Positions 10,671 through 23,049 of a stretch of 64,000 nucleotides of DNA are shown here, one piece after another (position 1 is the stretch's first letter; every line of letters begins with the position of its first letter). The notes under the pieces are model-generated. The model searched no databases. It was not told the origin of the DNA and was given only the letters and a program-made list of their open reading frames with translations. The translations under genes and the position numbers were made by a program. This DNA is from an uncultured Burkholderiaceae bacterium (lineage in GTDB: Bacteria > Pseudomonadota > Gammaproteobacteria > Burkholderiales > Burkholderiaceae_F): the NCBI GenBank assembly GCA_964539745.1, contig CAZIJU010000001.1, positions 47,845 to 111,844 on the forward strand, read 5' to 3'.

Positions 10671-11717
10671 ATGCAACGCGAACTCACCGTCTCCGACTTC
10701 GACTACGAACTGCCGCGCGAACTGATCGCGCAGCATCCGCTGCCCGACCGCGCGGCGAGCCGGCTGCTGCACGTCGAGCGCGATCGGCTGGCGGACCTCG
10801 CATTCACGGATCTCGAACGGCTGCTCGCGCCGGGCGAGCTGCTCGTCTTCAACGACACCAAGGTCATCAAGGCGCGGCTGCTCGGACGCAAACCCACCGG
10901 CGGCAAGGTCGAAGTGCTCGTCGAGCGCATCGTCGAGCCGCGCCGCGCGCTCGCGCTGGTGCGCACGAGCCATACACCCAAGCCGGGTCAGACCTTCGTC
11001 TTCGGCGAGGCCGACGCGGTCGCCGCAACCGTGATCGGCCGCGACGGCGAGTTCTTCGAGCTCGCATTCGATGCGGACGTCGATGCGGCGCTCGAACGCC
11101 ACGGTCGCGTGCCGCTGCCGCCCTACATCGCGCATCCCGACGGCGCGGAAGACGCCGCGCGCTACCAGACCGTGTACGCGGCGCGGCCGGGTGCGGTCGC
11201 CGCGCCGACCGCCGGGTTGCACTTCACGCAGCCGCTGCTCGACCGCCTGCGCGAGCACGGCGTGCAGTTCGCGCGCCTGACGTTGCACGTCGGCGCCGGC
11301 ACGTTCCAGCCGGTCCGCGTCGAACGCATCCGCGATCACGTGATGCATCGCGAGTGGTTCGAGATCGCGCCGGCCGCGGCCGAAGCGATCAACCGTGCGC
11401 TCGCCGAAGGGCGGCGCGTCACCGCGGTCGGCACGACGAGCCTGCGCGCGCTCGAATCGGCGGCGATCGACACGCCGGACGGTGCCCGCATGCAGCCGGG
11501 CGCCCGCGAAACGCAACTGTTCGTCGTTCCGGGTTTCCGCTTCCGGGTCGTCGACCGGCTGATCACCAACTTCCATCTGCCGCGCTCGACGCTACTGATG
11601 CTGGTGTCGGCGTTCGCCGGCATCGAACGGATCCGCAGCGCCTACGCGCACGCGATCGCGCAGCGCTATCGGTTCTTCAGCTACGGGGATGCGATGCTGC
11701 TGGAGCGGGTCGAGTGA
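10671..11717 (+). CDS. queA: S-adenosylmethionine:tRNA ribosyltransferase-isomerase
   Basis: [31 protein letters not shown]...[12 protein letters not shown]...[10 protein letters not shown]. The ATG at 10671 is preferred over the longer ORF start at 10635. Confidence 0.92.
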   Translation: MQRELTVSDFDYELPRELIAQHPLPDRAASRLLHVERDRLADLAFTDLERLLAPGELLVFNDTKVIKARLLGRKPTGGKVEVLVERIVEPRRALALVRTSHTPKPGQTFVFGEADAVAATVIGRDGEFFELAFDADVDAALERHGRVPLPPYIAHPDGAEDAARYQTVYAARPGAVAAPTAGLHFTQPLLDRLREHGVQFARLTLHVGAGTFQPVRVERIRDHVMHREWFEIAPAAAEAINRALAEGRRVTAVGTTSLRALESAAIDTPDGARMQPGARETQLFVVPGFRFRVVDRLITNFHLPRSTLLMLVSAFAGIERIRSAYAHAIAQRYRFFSYGDAMLLERVE

Positions 11718-11809
11718 GGTGCAGTGTCGAGCGAGTTCTGCAGCGCCCGAGAATCCCGCTGCCCCTTTGGAGGCGCACGCGCAGCGTGCGGGGATTTCGG
11801 CCGCGGTAA

Positions 11810-12976
<1,167 letters not shown>

Positions 12977-12993
12977 GTGGGCAACCGTACCAA

Positions 12994-13139
12994 CCACCGA
13001 GATACCGAGAAGGCTCTTGGTTTTCCTCTGTGCCTCCGCGGTCGAATCACGGCGTACTGAGGCTGAAGGATTCACCTCCGAGGCGCCGGGACACAGAGAA
13101 GGGCTTTGGCTTATCTCGGTGCGCTCGGCGTCTCGGTGG
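12994..13139. repeat. nested imperfect inverted-repeat element (REP-like) in the tgt-yajC spacer
   Basis: Outer 9-bp stem CCACCGAGA (12994..13002) / TCTCGGTGG (13131..13139). Inner stems ACCGAGA/TCTCGGT, CTCTGTG/CACAGAG and GAATC/GATTC. No coding signal. Confidence 0.55.
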
Positions 13140-13180
13140 TCAATATCCTCAGTTGCGCCTGCGCGGCCAAGGGCGCTGGC

Positions 13181-13186
13181 TATAAT
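13181..13186 (+). promoter_or_regulatory. candidate -10 box (perfect TATAAT) upstream of yajC-secDF
   Basis: TATAAT hexamer in GC-rich intergenic DNA, 87 nt upstream of the yajC ATG. No convincing -35 at canonical spacing. Confidence 0.25.
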
Positions 13187-13272
13187 CTGCCGTTTTCCGA
13201 AGCCGCGCCCGCGCCGCGGGTGCGGCTTCGGCCCAGACGACCCGCCGCGCATGCGCGGCCATGGAGCGACGC

Positions 13273-13620
13273 ATGTTCTTCATCTCCGACGCGCTGGCGC
13301 AGACCGCGCCCGCCGCCCAGCCCGGCGCCGAATCGATGCTGACCTCGGTCGGCTTCATGGTGCTGATCTTCGTCGTTTTCTACTTCCTGCTGATCCGTCC
13401 GCAGCAGAAGCGGCAGAAGGAGCACAAGGCGATGGTCGAAAGTCTCGCCAAGGGCGACGAAGTGCTGACCGCAGGCGGAATCGTCGGCAAGATCACCGAC
13501 CTGTCGGACCAGTACATCACGCTGCAGATCGCCAGCGCCGGCGACAAGCCGGTCGAGATTTCGGTCCAGAAGCACGCCGTCCAGACGCTTCTGCCGAAGG
13601 GCACGATGAAGTCCCTGTGA
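13273..13620 (+). CDS. yajC: preprotein translocase subunit YajC
   Basis: MFFISDALAQT...FYFLLIRPQQKRQKEHKAMVESLAKGDEVLTAGGIVGKI...LLPKGTMKSL. GGAG 6 nt upstream of the ATG at 13273. Confidence 0.92.
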   Translation: MFFISDALAQTAPAAQPGAESMLTSVGFMVLIFVVFYFLLIRPQQKRQKEHKAMVESLAKGDEVLTAGGIVGKITDLSDQYITLQIASAGDKPVEISVQKHAVQTLLPKGTMKSL

Positions 13621-13705
13621 AGTCCTGAGGTCGCCGGTTTCGGACTCGAATGCGGCGCCGGCATCGCGGCTTCAACTTCCGGCTTCCCGCCCCCTGGCTC
13701 GGCAC

Positions 13706-15583
13706 ATGAATCGCTACCCCCTCTGGAAGTACGTCATCATCGCGGTGGCGTTGATGTTCGGCGCGCTGTATTCGGTGCCGAACCTGTTTCCCGAGTCGCC
13801 GGCGGTGCAGGTGTCTTCGCAGAAGGCGACCGTCAAGGTCGACGCCGCCGTGCTCGCGCGCGTCGAGTCGGCGCTGAAGGAGGCCGGCATCGCGCACGAA
13901 GGCGCCTTCCTCGATCAGGTCGGACTGAACACGACGGTGCGCGTGCGCTTCCGCGACCCAGACACGCAGCTCAAGGCGAAAGACGCGCTCGAGCGCGCGC
14001 TGAACCCGAGTTCGGCCGACCCCGCGTACGTCGTCGCCCTGAATCTGCTGTCGACCTCGCCCCGCTGGATGGCGTCGATCCGCGCGCTGCCGATGTACCT
14101 CGGGCTCGACCTGCGCGGCGGCGTGCATTTCCTGATGCAGGTGAACACGGCCGAAGCGGTCAACAAGCGGCTCGACGCGCTGGTCGGCGACCTGCGCACG
14201 CTGCTGCGCGAGAAGGACGTGCGCCACGCGGGCATCGCGCGCAACGGGCAGCAGATCGAGATCCGCTTCCGCGACGCGGAGACACGCGCCAGGGCGAGCG
14301 GCGTGATCCGCGACAACCTGAACGAACTCGCGTTGCGCGAAGAAGCCGCCGGCGCCGACCTGCTGCTCACCGCGACGATGACGCCGGCCGCGGTCAAGGC
14401 CGTGCAGGACAACGCGCTGAAGCAGAACATCACCACACTGCACAACCGGATCAACGAGCTCGGTGTGGCCGAGCCGGTCATCCAGCAGCAGGGTGCCGAC
14501 CGCGTCGTCGTGCAGTTGCCCGGCGTGCAGGACACCGCCCGCGCGAAGGACATCATCGGCCGCACCGCCACGCTCGAAGCGCGGCTGGTCGACCTGTCCG
14601 CCGAAGCGCAGGCCGCGGTGACCGGCAGCGGGCCGGTGCCGTTCGGCTCGGAGCTTTTCACGGTCGGCAGAGGCGCGCCGGTGGTCCTGAAGAAAGAGGT
14701 CATCTTCTCGGGTCAGCAGCTCGAGGGCGCCCAGGCGACCTTCGACGAGAACCAGCGGCCCGCCGTGTCGATCGAGTTGAACGAGGCCGCCGGCCGCGTG
14801 ATGCGCAAGGTCACGCGCGAAAACCTGAAGAAGCCGATGGCGGTCGTGCTGTTCGAGAAGGGCAAGGGCGAGGTGCTGACGGTCGCGACGATCCAGAGCG
14901 AATTCGGGTCGCGCTTCCAGATCACGGGCCTCGACAGCCCGAGTGTGGCCAATGACCTGGCGCTGCTGTTGCGCGCGGGCGCGCTCGCCGCACCGATGGA
15001 GATCGTCGAGGAGCGCACGATCGGACCAAGCCTGGGCGCGGAGAACATCCGCGCGGGCTTCACGTCGACCGTGTACGGCTTCACCGGCATCGCGATCTTC
15101 ATGATCGCGTACTACGCGATCTTCGGCCTGATCTCGGTGATCGCGCTGTCGGTCAACGTGATGCTGCTGATCGCGCTGCTGTCGCTGCTGCAGGCCACCC
15201 TCACCTTGCCCGGCATCGCCGCAATCGCGCTGACCCTCGGCATGGCGATCGACGCGAACGTGCTGATCAACGAGCGCATCCGCGAGGAATTGCGCAAGGG
15301 GGCGACGCCGCAGCAGGCGATCGCGCAGGGCTACGAGAAGGCGTTCGCGACGATCCTCGACTCGAACGTCACGACGCTGATCGCCGGCATCTTCCTGTTC
15401 CTGCTCGGTTCGGGTCCCGTGCGCGGGTTCGCGGTCGTTCACTGCCTCGGCATTCTGACTTCGATATTCTCGGCGGTGTTCGTATCGCGCGGCATCGTCA
15501 ACCTCGTCTACGGCTCGCGCAAGCGGCTGACGAGCCTGTCGATCGGGCAGGTGTGGAAGCCCGAAGCGGCGGCTGGCAAGTGA
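13706..15583 (+). CDS. secD: protein translocase subunit SecD
   Basis: 625-aa ORF: MNRYPLWKYVIIAVALMFGALYSVPNLF, large periplasmic domain, C-terminal 6-TM domain (LGPSLGAENIRAG...). Confidence 0.94.
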   Translation: MNRYPLWKYVIIAVALMFGALYSVPNLFPESPAVQVSSQKATVKVDAAVLARVESALKEAGIAHEGAFLDQVGLNTTVRVRFRDPDTQLKAKDALERALNPSSADPAYVVALNLLSTSPRWMASIRALPMYLGLDLRGGVHFLMQVNTAEAVNKRLDALVGDLRTLLREKDVRHAGIARNGQQIEIRFRDAETRARASGVIRDNLNELALREEAAGADLLLTATMTPAAVKAVQDNALKQNITTLHNRINELGVAEPVIQQQGADRVVVQLPGVQDTARAKDIIGRTATLEARLVDLSAEAQAAVTGSGPVPFGSELFTVGRGAPVVLKKEVIFSGQQLEGAQATFDENQRPAVSIELNEAAGRVMRKVTRENLKKPMAVVLFEKGKGEVLTVATIQSEFGSRFQITGLDSPSVANDLALLLRAGALAAPMEIVEERTIGPSLGAENIRAGFTSTVYGFTGIAIFMIAYYAIFGLISVIALSVNVMLLIALLSLLQATLTLPGIAAIALTLGMAIDANVLINERIREELRKGATPQQAIAQGYEKAFATILDSNVTTLIAGIFLFLLGSGPVRGFAVVHCLGILTSIFSAVFVSRGIVNLVYGSRKRLTSLSIGQVWKPEAAAGK

Positions 15584-15704
15584 TGCGTCGGCGATGATCG
15601 CGCCCCCCACCGTCACCCCCTTCTGCATGCCGGCGGCAGGCTCCGTCGCCGACGGCGAGGGGTATTTCGCGTTCGCCGCGCGCCGCACTGCAGAGGAGTT
15701 GTGA

Positions 15705-16637
15705 ATGGAATTCTTCAGGATCCGCCGCACGATTCCGTTCATGCGCTACGCGCTGATCCTGAACGCGATCTCGGTGATCACGTTCCTGGTCGCCGTGGGT
15801 TTCCTCGCGGTACGCGGGCTGAACCTGTCGATCGAGTTCACCGGCGGCACCGTGATGGAGGTCTCGTATCCGCAGGCGGCCGACCTGCCGAAGATCCGCG
15901 CGGCGATCGAAGGCCAGGGCTGGGGCGAGTTTCAGGTGCAGAACTTCGGCACCTCGCGGGACGTGCTGATCCGCCTGCCGGTCCGCGCGGGCGCCAGTGC
16001 CGGCCAGCAGGCCGAACAGGTGATGGCGCTGCTGCGCGCGCAGGATCCCGGTGTGGAGCTGCGTCGCGTCGAGTTCGTCGGCCCGCAGGTCGGCGAGGAG
16101 CTGGCGCACGACGGCGCGCTCGCGCTGCTGATGGTCTGTATCGGCATCATGATCTATCTGGCGTTCCGCTTCGAATGGAAGTTTTCGGTCGCGGCGATCG
16201 TCGCCAATTTGCACGACGTCGTGCTGGTCGTCGGTATGTTCTCGATCTTCGGCTGGGAGTTCTCGCTGCCGGTGCTGGCCGCCGTGCTCGCGGTGCTCGG
16301 CTACTCGGTCAACGAGTCGGTGATCATCTTCGACCGCGTTCGCGAGCACTTCCGCACGATGCGCAAGGCGAGCGTGACCGAGGTGATCGACTCGGCGATC
16401 ACCGCGACGATCTCGCGCACGATGATCACGCACGGGTCGACGCTGATGATGACGCTCGCGATGCTCGCCTTCGGTGGGCCGGCGCTGCACTACTTCGCGC
16501 TCGCGCTGACGATCGGCATCCTGTTCGGCATCTATTCGTCGGTTTTCGTCGCCGCCGCGATCGCGATGTACCTCGGCGTCAAACGCGAGGACCTGGTCAA
16601 GCCGGTGAAAAAAGAGGAGCAGCAGATCGTTCCGTGA
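15705..16637 (+). CDS. secF: protein translocase subunit SecF
   Basis: 310-aa ORF: MEFFRIRRTIPFMRYALILNAIS...GLNLSIEFTGGT...; GAGGAG SD upstream. Confidence 0.94.
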   Translation: MEFFRIRRTIPFMRYALILNAISVITFLVAVGFLAVRGLNLSIEFTGGTVMEVSYPQAADLPKIRAAIEGQGWGEFQVQNFGTSRDVLIRLPVRAGASAGQQAEQVMALLRAQDPGVELRRVEFVGPQVGEELAHDGALALLMVCIGIMIYLAFRFEWKFSVAAIVANLHDVVLVVGMFSIFGWEFSLPVLAAVLAVLGYSVNESVIIFDRVREHFRTMRKASVTEVIDSAITATISRTMITHGSTLMMTLAMLAFGGPALHYFALALTIGILFGIYSSVFVAAAIAMYLGVKREDLVKPVKKEEQQIVP

Positions 16638-16737
16638 TCGGCGGTGCGTTTCGCGGATCGAGGCGGGGGCGCAACCGGCCGGACCGCAGCGATCGAAGAC
16701 CCACGCTCGACGATCCGCAAGGTCCGACTGCTGCCGT

Positions 16738-17385
16738 ATGACGCCACCCGTCCGCATCTGGGATCTGCCGACGCGCCTGTTTCACTGGTCGCTCGTGCTG
16801 CTGGTCGTCTTTTCGGTGACGACGGCCAAGATCGGCGGCAACTGGATGGACTGGCACCTGCGGTCGGGCTACGCGGTGCTGACGCTGATCCTGTTTCGGC
16901 TGCTCTGGGGGTTCGCGGGTCCGCGTTACGCGTTGTTTGCGCAGTTCGTGCGCGGCCCGCGCGCGACGTTGGCGTACCTGCGCGGCGCCGGCGCCGTGTC
17001 CGCCGGGCACAATCCCTTGGGCGCGTGGTCGGTGCTGGCGATGCTGACCTCACTGCTCGTGCAGGCGGTCACGGGGCTGTTCGCCAACGACGAGATCGCC
17101 ACCGAGGGTCCGCTTTCGAAGCTCGTTTCGGGCGCGACGGCGAGCTGGATGACGCGGATCCACTCGTTTAACGAGAAACTGATCTACGCGCTCGTCGCGC
17201 TGCACGTCGCCGCGATCGCGTACTACTTCTTCGCGAAGCGCGAGAACCTCGTCGGACCGATGCTGACCGGCGACAAGCACGCGATCGGCGCCGAACCGGC
17301 GCAGGACGACGCGCTCGTGCGCGCGCGCGCCGCGCTGCTCGCGTTGCTCGCCGCGGGCCTGGTCGGCTACGTCGTCACCCTGTAG
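16738..17385 (+). CDS. cytochrome b561-family membrane protein
   Basis: 215-aa ORF: VRIWDLPTRLFHWSLVLLVV...HNPLGAWSVLAML...HVAAIAYYF. Four TM helices with conserved His residues. Confidence 0.8.
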   Translation: MTPPVRIWDLPTRLFHWSLVLLVVFSVTTAKIGGNWMDWHLRSGYAVLTLILFRLLWGFAGPRYALFAQFVRGPRATLAYLRGAGAVSAGHNPLGAWSVLAMLTSLLVQAVTGLFANDEIATEGPLSKLVSGATASWMTRIHSFNEKLIYALVALHVAAIAYYFFAKRENLVGPMLTGDKHAIGAEPAQDDALVRARAALLALLAAGLVGYVVTL

Positions 17386-17390
17386 GAACG

Positions 17391-17460
17391 AAAAAAGCCG
17401 CTCGCGCGGCCTCTTGCTGCTGCGCCGTCCACAGGCGGCCTGCGGACGGCGAGCGGTCTT
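17391..17460. terminator. bidirectional stem-loop between convergent cytochrome genes
   Basis: AAAAAA + GCCGCTCGC ... CGCCGTCC-ACAGGCGGCCTGC-GGACGGCG + GCGAGCGG + TCTT. On the minus strand the hairpin is followed by TTTTTT, so it fits as the terminator for the cytochrome c' gene. Confidence 0.6.
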
Positions 17461-17465
17461 GCGTC

Positions 17466-17918
17466 CTACTTCATCCGGTAGTCGTCGTGGCAGGCTTTGC
17501 ACGCCTGGCCGACGTTGCCGAACTGCGCCTGGATCGCCTTCACGTCGCCGCCCTTGGCGACTGCGGCGAGCTTGCTCACCTCGGCCTGCATCTTCTCGAT
17601 CAGGTCTTTGACCTTTGCGGTGTCCTTGAAGAATTCGGGCTTGACCTTCGTGTTGGCCACCATGTCGGTTCCGGGCGTGAAAGCCTCGAACGGCAGCTTC
17701 GACAGCGTTTCGATCAGCGCAGCGCTGGACTGGATCGCCGCGACGTTCGGGTTGCCCGACTTCAGTTGGCCATTGATCCGGCCCATGTGGTTGCCGATCA
17801 GCGCCATCGCGGACTGACGGTACTTGACGGCGTCCTCGGGCTTGGCGAACTGGGCCTGCGCGGGAAAGGCGATGGCCGCGGAGGCGGCCAGCAAGAGTGC
17901 GTGAATCGAAAGCTTCAT
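17466..17918 (-). CDS. cytochrome c' (class II c-type cytochrome)
   Basis: MKLSIHALLLAASAAIAFPAQA signal peptide, four-helix-type sequence, C-terminal heme motif CKACHDDYR. The start was moved to the ATG at 17918. Confidence 0.88.
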   Translation of the reverse strand: MKLSIHALLLAASAAIAFPAQAQFAKPEDAVKYRQSAMALIGNHMGRINGQLKSGNPNVAAIQSSAALIETLSKLPFEAFTPGTDMVANTKVKPEFFKDTAKVKDLIEKMQAEVSKLAAVAKGGDVKAIQAQFGNVGQACKACHDDYRMK

Positions 17919-18048
17919 GGATCCCCCATCGAGTTGAAGTACGGCGCCGGACCGCTCGAGTCCTGGCACTGCGCCAACACGGCGCGCGACCGGATTATTC
18001 CCGCGCTCGAAGGCCGTACCGCGCGCGCATCGACGCGCCCGCGCGCGG

Positions 18049-19488
<1,440 letters not shown>

Positions 19489-19597
19489 CTAGCACCGGGT
19501 CCGGACGAACCCGCGGCACGGTGTCGCAGTCGCGAGTCGCCGCTGCGGTGCCGTTGCTATGATTCCGCGAGCGAAAACAGCCCGAGGAACGCCCGCC

Positions 19598-20227
19598 GTG
19601 TCGAAGAAGAACCTGCGCCTGATCGCCTCGCTGACCAGCCCGTACGTGCGTAAGGTGCGCATCGTGATGGCGGAGAAGAAGATCGAATGCGCTCTCGAGC
19701 TCGAGGACGTCTGGGCGGCCGATACGCGAATCCACGAGGCCAATCCGCTGGGCAAGGTGCCGTGCCTGATCATGGAGGACGGCGGCGCGGTGTTCGACTC
19801 GCGCGTGATCGTCGAGTATCTCGACACGCTGACGCCGGTCGGCCGGCTGATCCCGCCGAACGGACGCGAGCGTGTCGAGGTGCGCGTGTGGGAGGCGCTC
19901 GCCGACGGCATGCTCGACGCGGCGATCCTCGTGCGGCTGGAAAAGACGCAGCGCCCGACCGAGCAACAATCGCAGAAGTGGATCGACCGCCAAATGGGCA
20001 AGGTTCACCACGGGCTGGCCGCGATGAGCCGCGGACTCGGCGACAAGCCGTGGTGCAACGGCAATGCGTACACGCTGGCGGACATCGCGGTCGGCTGCGC
20101 GCTCGGCTACCTCGATTTCCGTTTTCCTGAGATCGACTGGCGCGGCCAGTACCCCAACCTCGCGCGCCTCGGCGAAAAGCTCGCCGCACGGCCGAGCTTC
20201 ATCGACACCGCGCCGCCGAGGTCCTGA
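19598..20227 (+). CDS. glutathione S-transferase (YibF-like)
   Basis: SKKNLRLIASLTSPYVRKVRIVMAEKKIE...NPLGKVPCLIMEDGGAVFDSRVIVEYLD. GTG 19598 is preceded by GAGGAA; ATG 19559 is an alternative start. Confidence 0.8.
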   Translation: MSKKNLRLIASLTSPYVRKVRIVMAEKKIECALELEDVWAADTRIHEANPLGKVPCLIMEDGGAVFDSRVIVEYLDTLTPVGRLIPPNGRERVEVRVWEALADGMLDAAILVRLEKTQRPTEQQSQKWIDRQMGKVHHGLAAMSRGLGDKPWCNGNAYTLADIAVGCALGYLDFRFPEIDWRGQYPNLARLGEKLAARPSFIDTAPPRS

Positions 20228-20264
20228 TCGTCAGCCGCGGCGCCGCTTCGGCGGCCGCCGAGGA

Positions 20265-21194
20265 TTACACGGCGATGAGTTCGGCGGCCGCGAGATCCTC
20301 GAGCGCGGTGCCGACCGACTTGAACAGCGTGATCTCGTCGGCGCTGTGGCGGCCGGGCTTTTCGCCGCGAACGAGCTCGGCAAGCTCCGCTTCGATCCGC
20401 GCGCGCGCGATCACGCCGCGTTCGAGCGGGGACACCAGATCGCCGGCCTCGGCGAGCGCACCGGCATAGGTATCGACGAAGATGCGCGCGCGGGCGACCG
20501 CCGCGTCGTCGGCTTCGCGCATCGCGCGCGTGAATCCGCCGACGAGATCCAGATGCGTGCCCGGCGCAAGCCAGGCACCGTGCACGATCGGCGCGGCGGC
20601 AGTCGTGGCACAGGTGACGATGTCCGCGTCGCGCACCGCGGCTTGCAGGTCGGTCGCCGCCTCGGCCGGCAGCCCCTCGTCGCGGAGCACCTGCGCGAGC
20701 GTCTGCGCCGCTTCCGCGCGCCTGCCCCAGACGCGAACGCGAACCAGTTGCGGACGCAGCGCGCAGTGCGCGCGTGCCATGAACGGCGCGAGCTTGCCAG
20801 TGCCGACCACCAACAGGTTCGTGCTGTCGTCGCGCGCGAGGTGGCGCGCGGCGAGCGCCGAAGCGGCCGCCGTCCGCCGCAGCGTCAGCGCCTCGCCGTC
20901 GATCACCGCGCGCGGCTCGCCGCTCGCGCGATCGAGCAACACGTACAGCGCATTGACGGTGGCCGCGCCGCGCGCCGCGTTGCCAGGCATCACCGTCACG
21001 ATCTTCACGCCGAGGCCGCCGCGCACTTCGCGCCAGGCCGGCATCAGCAGCAGCGTTTCGGTCTCGCCCAAACGGTGCGCATGGCGCAGCGGCACCTGCG
21101 CGCCGGCGGCGAACGCGGCGGCAAGCGCATCGACGAGCCGCTTCCAGTCGAGGGCGGCGTGCACTTCGTCGGCCGAATAGAATCGCAGCGTCAT
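20265..21194 (-). CDS. ornithine cyclodeaminase / mu-crystallin family protein
   Basis: MTLRFYSADEVHAALDW...LLLMPAW...GVKIVTV.P.N...LTLRRTAAASALAARHLAR...LLVVGTG. An alternative start lies at 21203. Confidence 0.8.
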   Translation of the reverse strand: MTLRFYSADEVHAALDWKRLVDALAAAFAAGAQVPLRHAHRLGETETLLLMPAWREVRGGLGVKIVTVMPGNAARGAATVNALYVLLDRASGEPRAVIDGEALTLRRTAAASALAARHLARDDSTNLLVVGTGKLAPFMARAHCALRPQLVRVRVWGRRAEAAQTLAQVLRDEGLPAEAATDLQAAVRDADIVTCATTAAAPIVHGAWLAPGTHLDLVGGFTRAMREADDAAVARARIFVDTYAGALAEAGDLVSPLERGVIARARIEAELAELVRGEKPGRHSADEITLFKSVGTALEDLAAAELIAV

Positions 21195-21217
21195 CACGGC
21201 CATTGTATGGGGAGCGC

Positions 21218-22396
21218 GTGCCGCAGCACGTCGTTGTCGTCGGCGGCGGTGCGATCGGTTCGAGCGTCGCCTGTTTCCTCGCGCGCGATTTCGGTGTGCG
21301 CGTCACCGTCGTCGAACGCGATCCGAGCTACCGCTTCGCGTCGAGCGCGCTGTCGGCGAGTTCGATCCGGCAGCAGTTCTCGACCGCGATCAACATCCGC
21401 ATCTCGCAGGCGAGCCTCGCCTTCTACCGCCGCATCGGCGACGAGCTGGCGGTCGGCGATGCACGGCCCGACATCGGGCTCGTCGAGCCGGGCTATCTCT
21501 TTCTCGCCAGCGAAGCGGGCGTCGAGATCCTGCGCGCGAACCACGAAGTGCAGCGCGCCTGCGGCGCCGACGTGGAACTGCTCGCGCCCGCCGAGCTGCA
21601 GCGGCGTTTTCCGTGGCTTGCAGTCGAAGGCGTGGCGCTGGCGAGCCTGGGACTGAGCACCGCGACGAGCGGCGAAGGCTGGTTCGACGGCTACAGCGTG
21701 CTGCAGGCGTTTCGCCGCAAGGCGATCGCGCTCGGCGTGAACTACGTCGCGGCTGTGGTCGAGCGCATGACCGCGGCCGGCGGCCGGGTCGTGCGCGCGC
21801 AGACGGCCGACGGTTCGGCGCTCGAAGCCGACGCCTTCGTGATCGCCGCGGGCGCGTGGTCGGCGCCGCTCGCGCGGACGCTGGGCTTCGACCTGCCGGT
21901 GCGCGCGCGCAAGCGCGACGTTTCCGTGTTCCGTTCGCCGGCACGACTGCCGGACTGCCCGCTGGTGATCGATCCGTCCGGCCTGTGGTTCCGGCCCGAG
22001 GGCCGCGGCTTCATCTGCGGCGCGCCGCCGCGTGGCGAAGATCCCGACGATGCGCCGCTCGAAGCGATCGACCACGGCCTGTTTGACGAGTGGATCTGGC
22101 CGCATCTCGCCGCGCGCGTGCCCGCGTTCGAGGCGCTGCGCCGAACGCACGCGTGGGCCGGCTACTACGAGTACAACACCTTCGATCAGAACGGGCTGGT
22201 CGGCCGCGTGCCGGGGACCGACAACGCCTTCGTCGCGTGCGGCTTCTCGGGCCACGGCATCCAGCAGGCACCCGCCGTCGGCTGCGGACTGGCTGAGCTC
22301 ATCGCCACCGGCGAATACCGCACGCTCGATCTGTCGCCACTATCGCCGGCGCGAGTCGCGGAAGACAAGCCGCTGGTCGAGCGCAACGTCATTTGA
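21218..22396 (+). CDS. FAD-dependent oxidoreductase (DAO family)
   Basis: VPQHVVVVGGGAIGSSVACFLAR...VTVVERD (N-terminal Rossmann GxGxxG) ...CGFSGHGIQQAPAVG. The GTG at 21218 is preferred; the track start is TTG 21203. Confidence 0.8.
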   Translation: MPQHVVVVGGGAIGSSVACFLARDFGVRVTVVERDPSYRFASSALSASSIRQQFSTAINIRISQASLAFYRRIGDELAVGDARPDIGLVEPGYLFLASEAGVEILRANHEVQRACGADVELLAPAELQRRFPWLAVEGVALASLGLSTATSGEGWFDGYSVLQAFRRKAIALGVNYVAAVVERMTAAGGRVVRAQTADGSALEADAFVIAAGAWSAPLARTLGFDLPVRARKRDVSVFRSPARLPDCPLVIDPSGLWFRPEGRGFICGAPPRGEDPDDAPLEAIDHGLFDEWIWPHLAARVPAFEALRRTHAWAGYYEYNTFDQNGLVGRVPGTDNAFVACGFSGHGIQQAPAVGCGLAELIATGEYRTLDLSPLSPARVAEDKPLVERNVI

Positions 22397-22446
22397 GCCG
22401 CGGCGGCGTGCACCGCCGGCGCGACGCAGCCTGCGGATTGCCGTCG

Positions 22447-22923
22447 CTATGCGGCGACGTAGTCGCCGCTCTTGCCCCCGTGCTTCTCAAGCAGCCGCAC
22501 GGACTCGATGATCATGCCGCGGTCGGCCGCCTTGCACATGTCGTAGATCGTCAGCAAGCCGATCTGCACTGCTGTCAGCGCTTCCATCTCGACACCCGTC
22601 GGCCCGCGCGTCTCGACGGTCGCGCGGCACTCGATCGCCGTGGCGGCTTCGTCGATCGCGAAGTCCACCGCGATTCGCGTGATCGCGAGCGGATGGCACA
22701 GCGGGATCAGCTCGCTCGTCTTCTTCGCCGCCTGGATCGCCGCGATGCGCGCCACGCCAAGCACGTCGCCCTTCTTCGCCGTGCCGCCGCGCACGAGGTC
22801 GAGCGTCGTCGGCCGCATGCGGATGCGGCCCGCAGCGACCGCGATCCGGTGTGTCGCTTCCTTGCCGCCGACGTCGACCATATGCGCCTGGCCGGCATCG
22901 TCGAAGTGCGTGAGCTTGCTCAT
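22447..22923 (-). CDS. moaC: cyclic pyranopterin monophosphate synthase MoaC
   Basis: [24 protein letters not shown]...[29 protein letters not shown]...[10 protein letters not shown]...IYDMCKA. Confidence 0.93.
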   Translation of the reverse strand: MSKLTHFDDAGQAHMVDVGGKEATHRIAVAAGRIRMRPTTLDLVRGGTAKKGDVLGVARIAAIQAAKKTSELIPLCHPLAITRIAVDFAIDEAATAIECRATVETRGPTGVEMEALTAVQIGLLTIYDMCKAADRGMIIESVRLLEKHGGKSGDYVAA

Positions 22924-23049
22924 GTAACCAATCGTCATCGGCGCCGGAACCATCGGCTCGGGCGACTATCATAAGTGCAGTTCTTCGCCCGCCGTTCGCC
23001 GCCGGCCGAATCGGTCCGCGCCCGGAAGATCTCGCCCTGCAACGACGCC

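Noticed and set aside
17919-18048. FNR/Dnr-type box or sigma-54 promoter (TGGCAC-N5-..) upstream of the cytochrome c' gene
   Set aside because: TGGCACTGCGCCAAC lacks the TTGC -12 element and points away from the gene. No TTGAT-N4-ATCAA-like palindrome is present. The evidence is insufficient.
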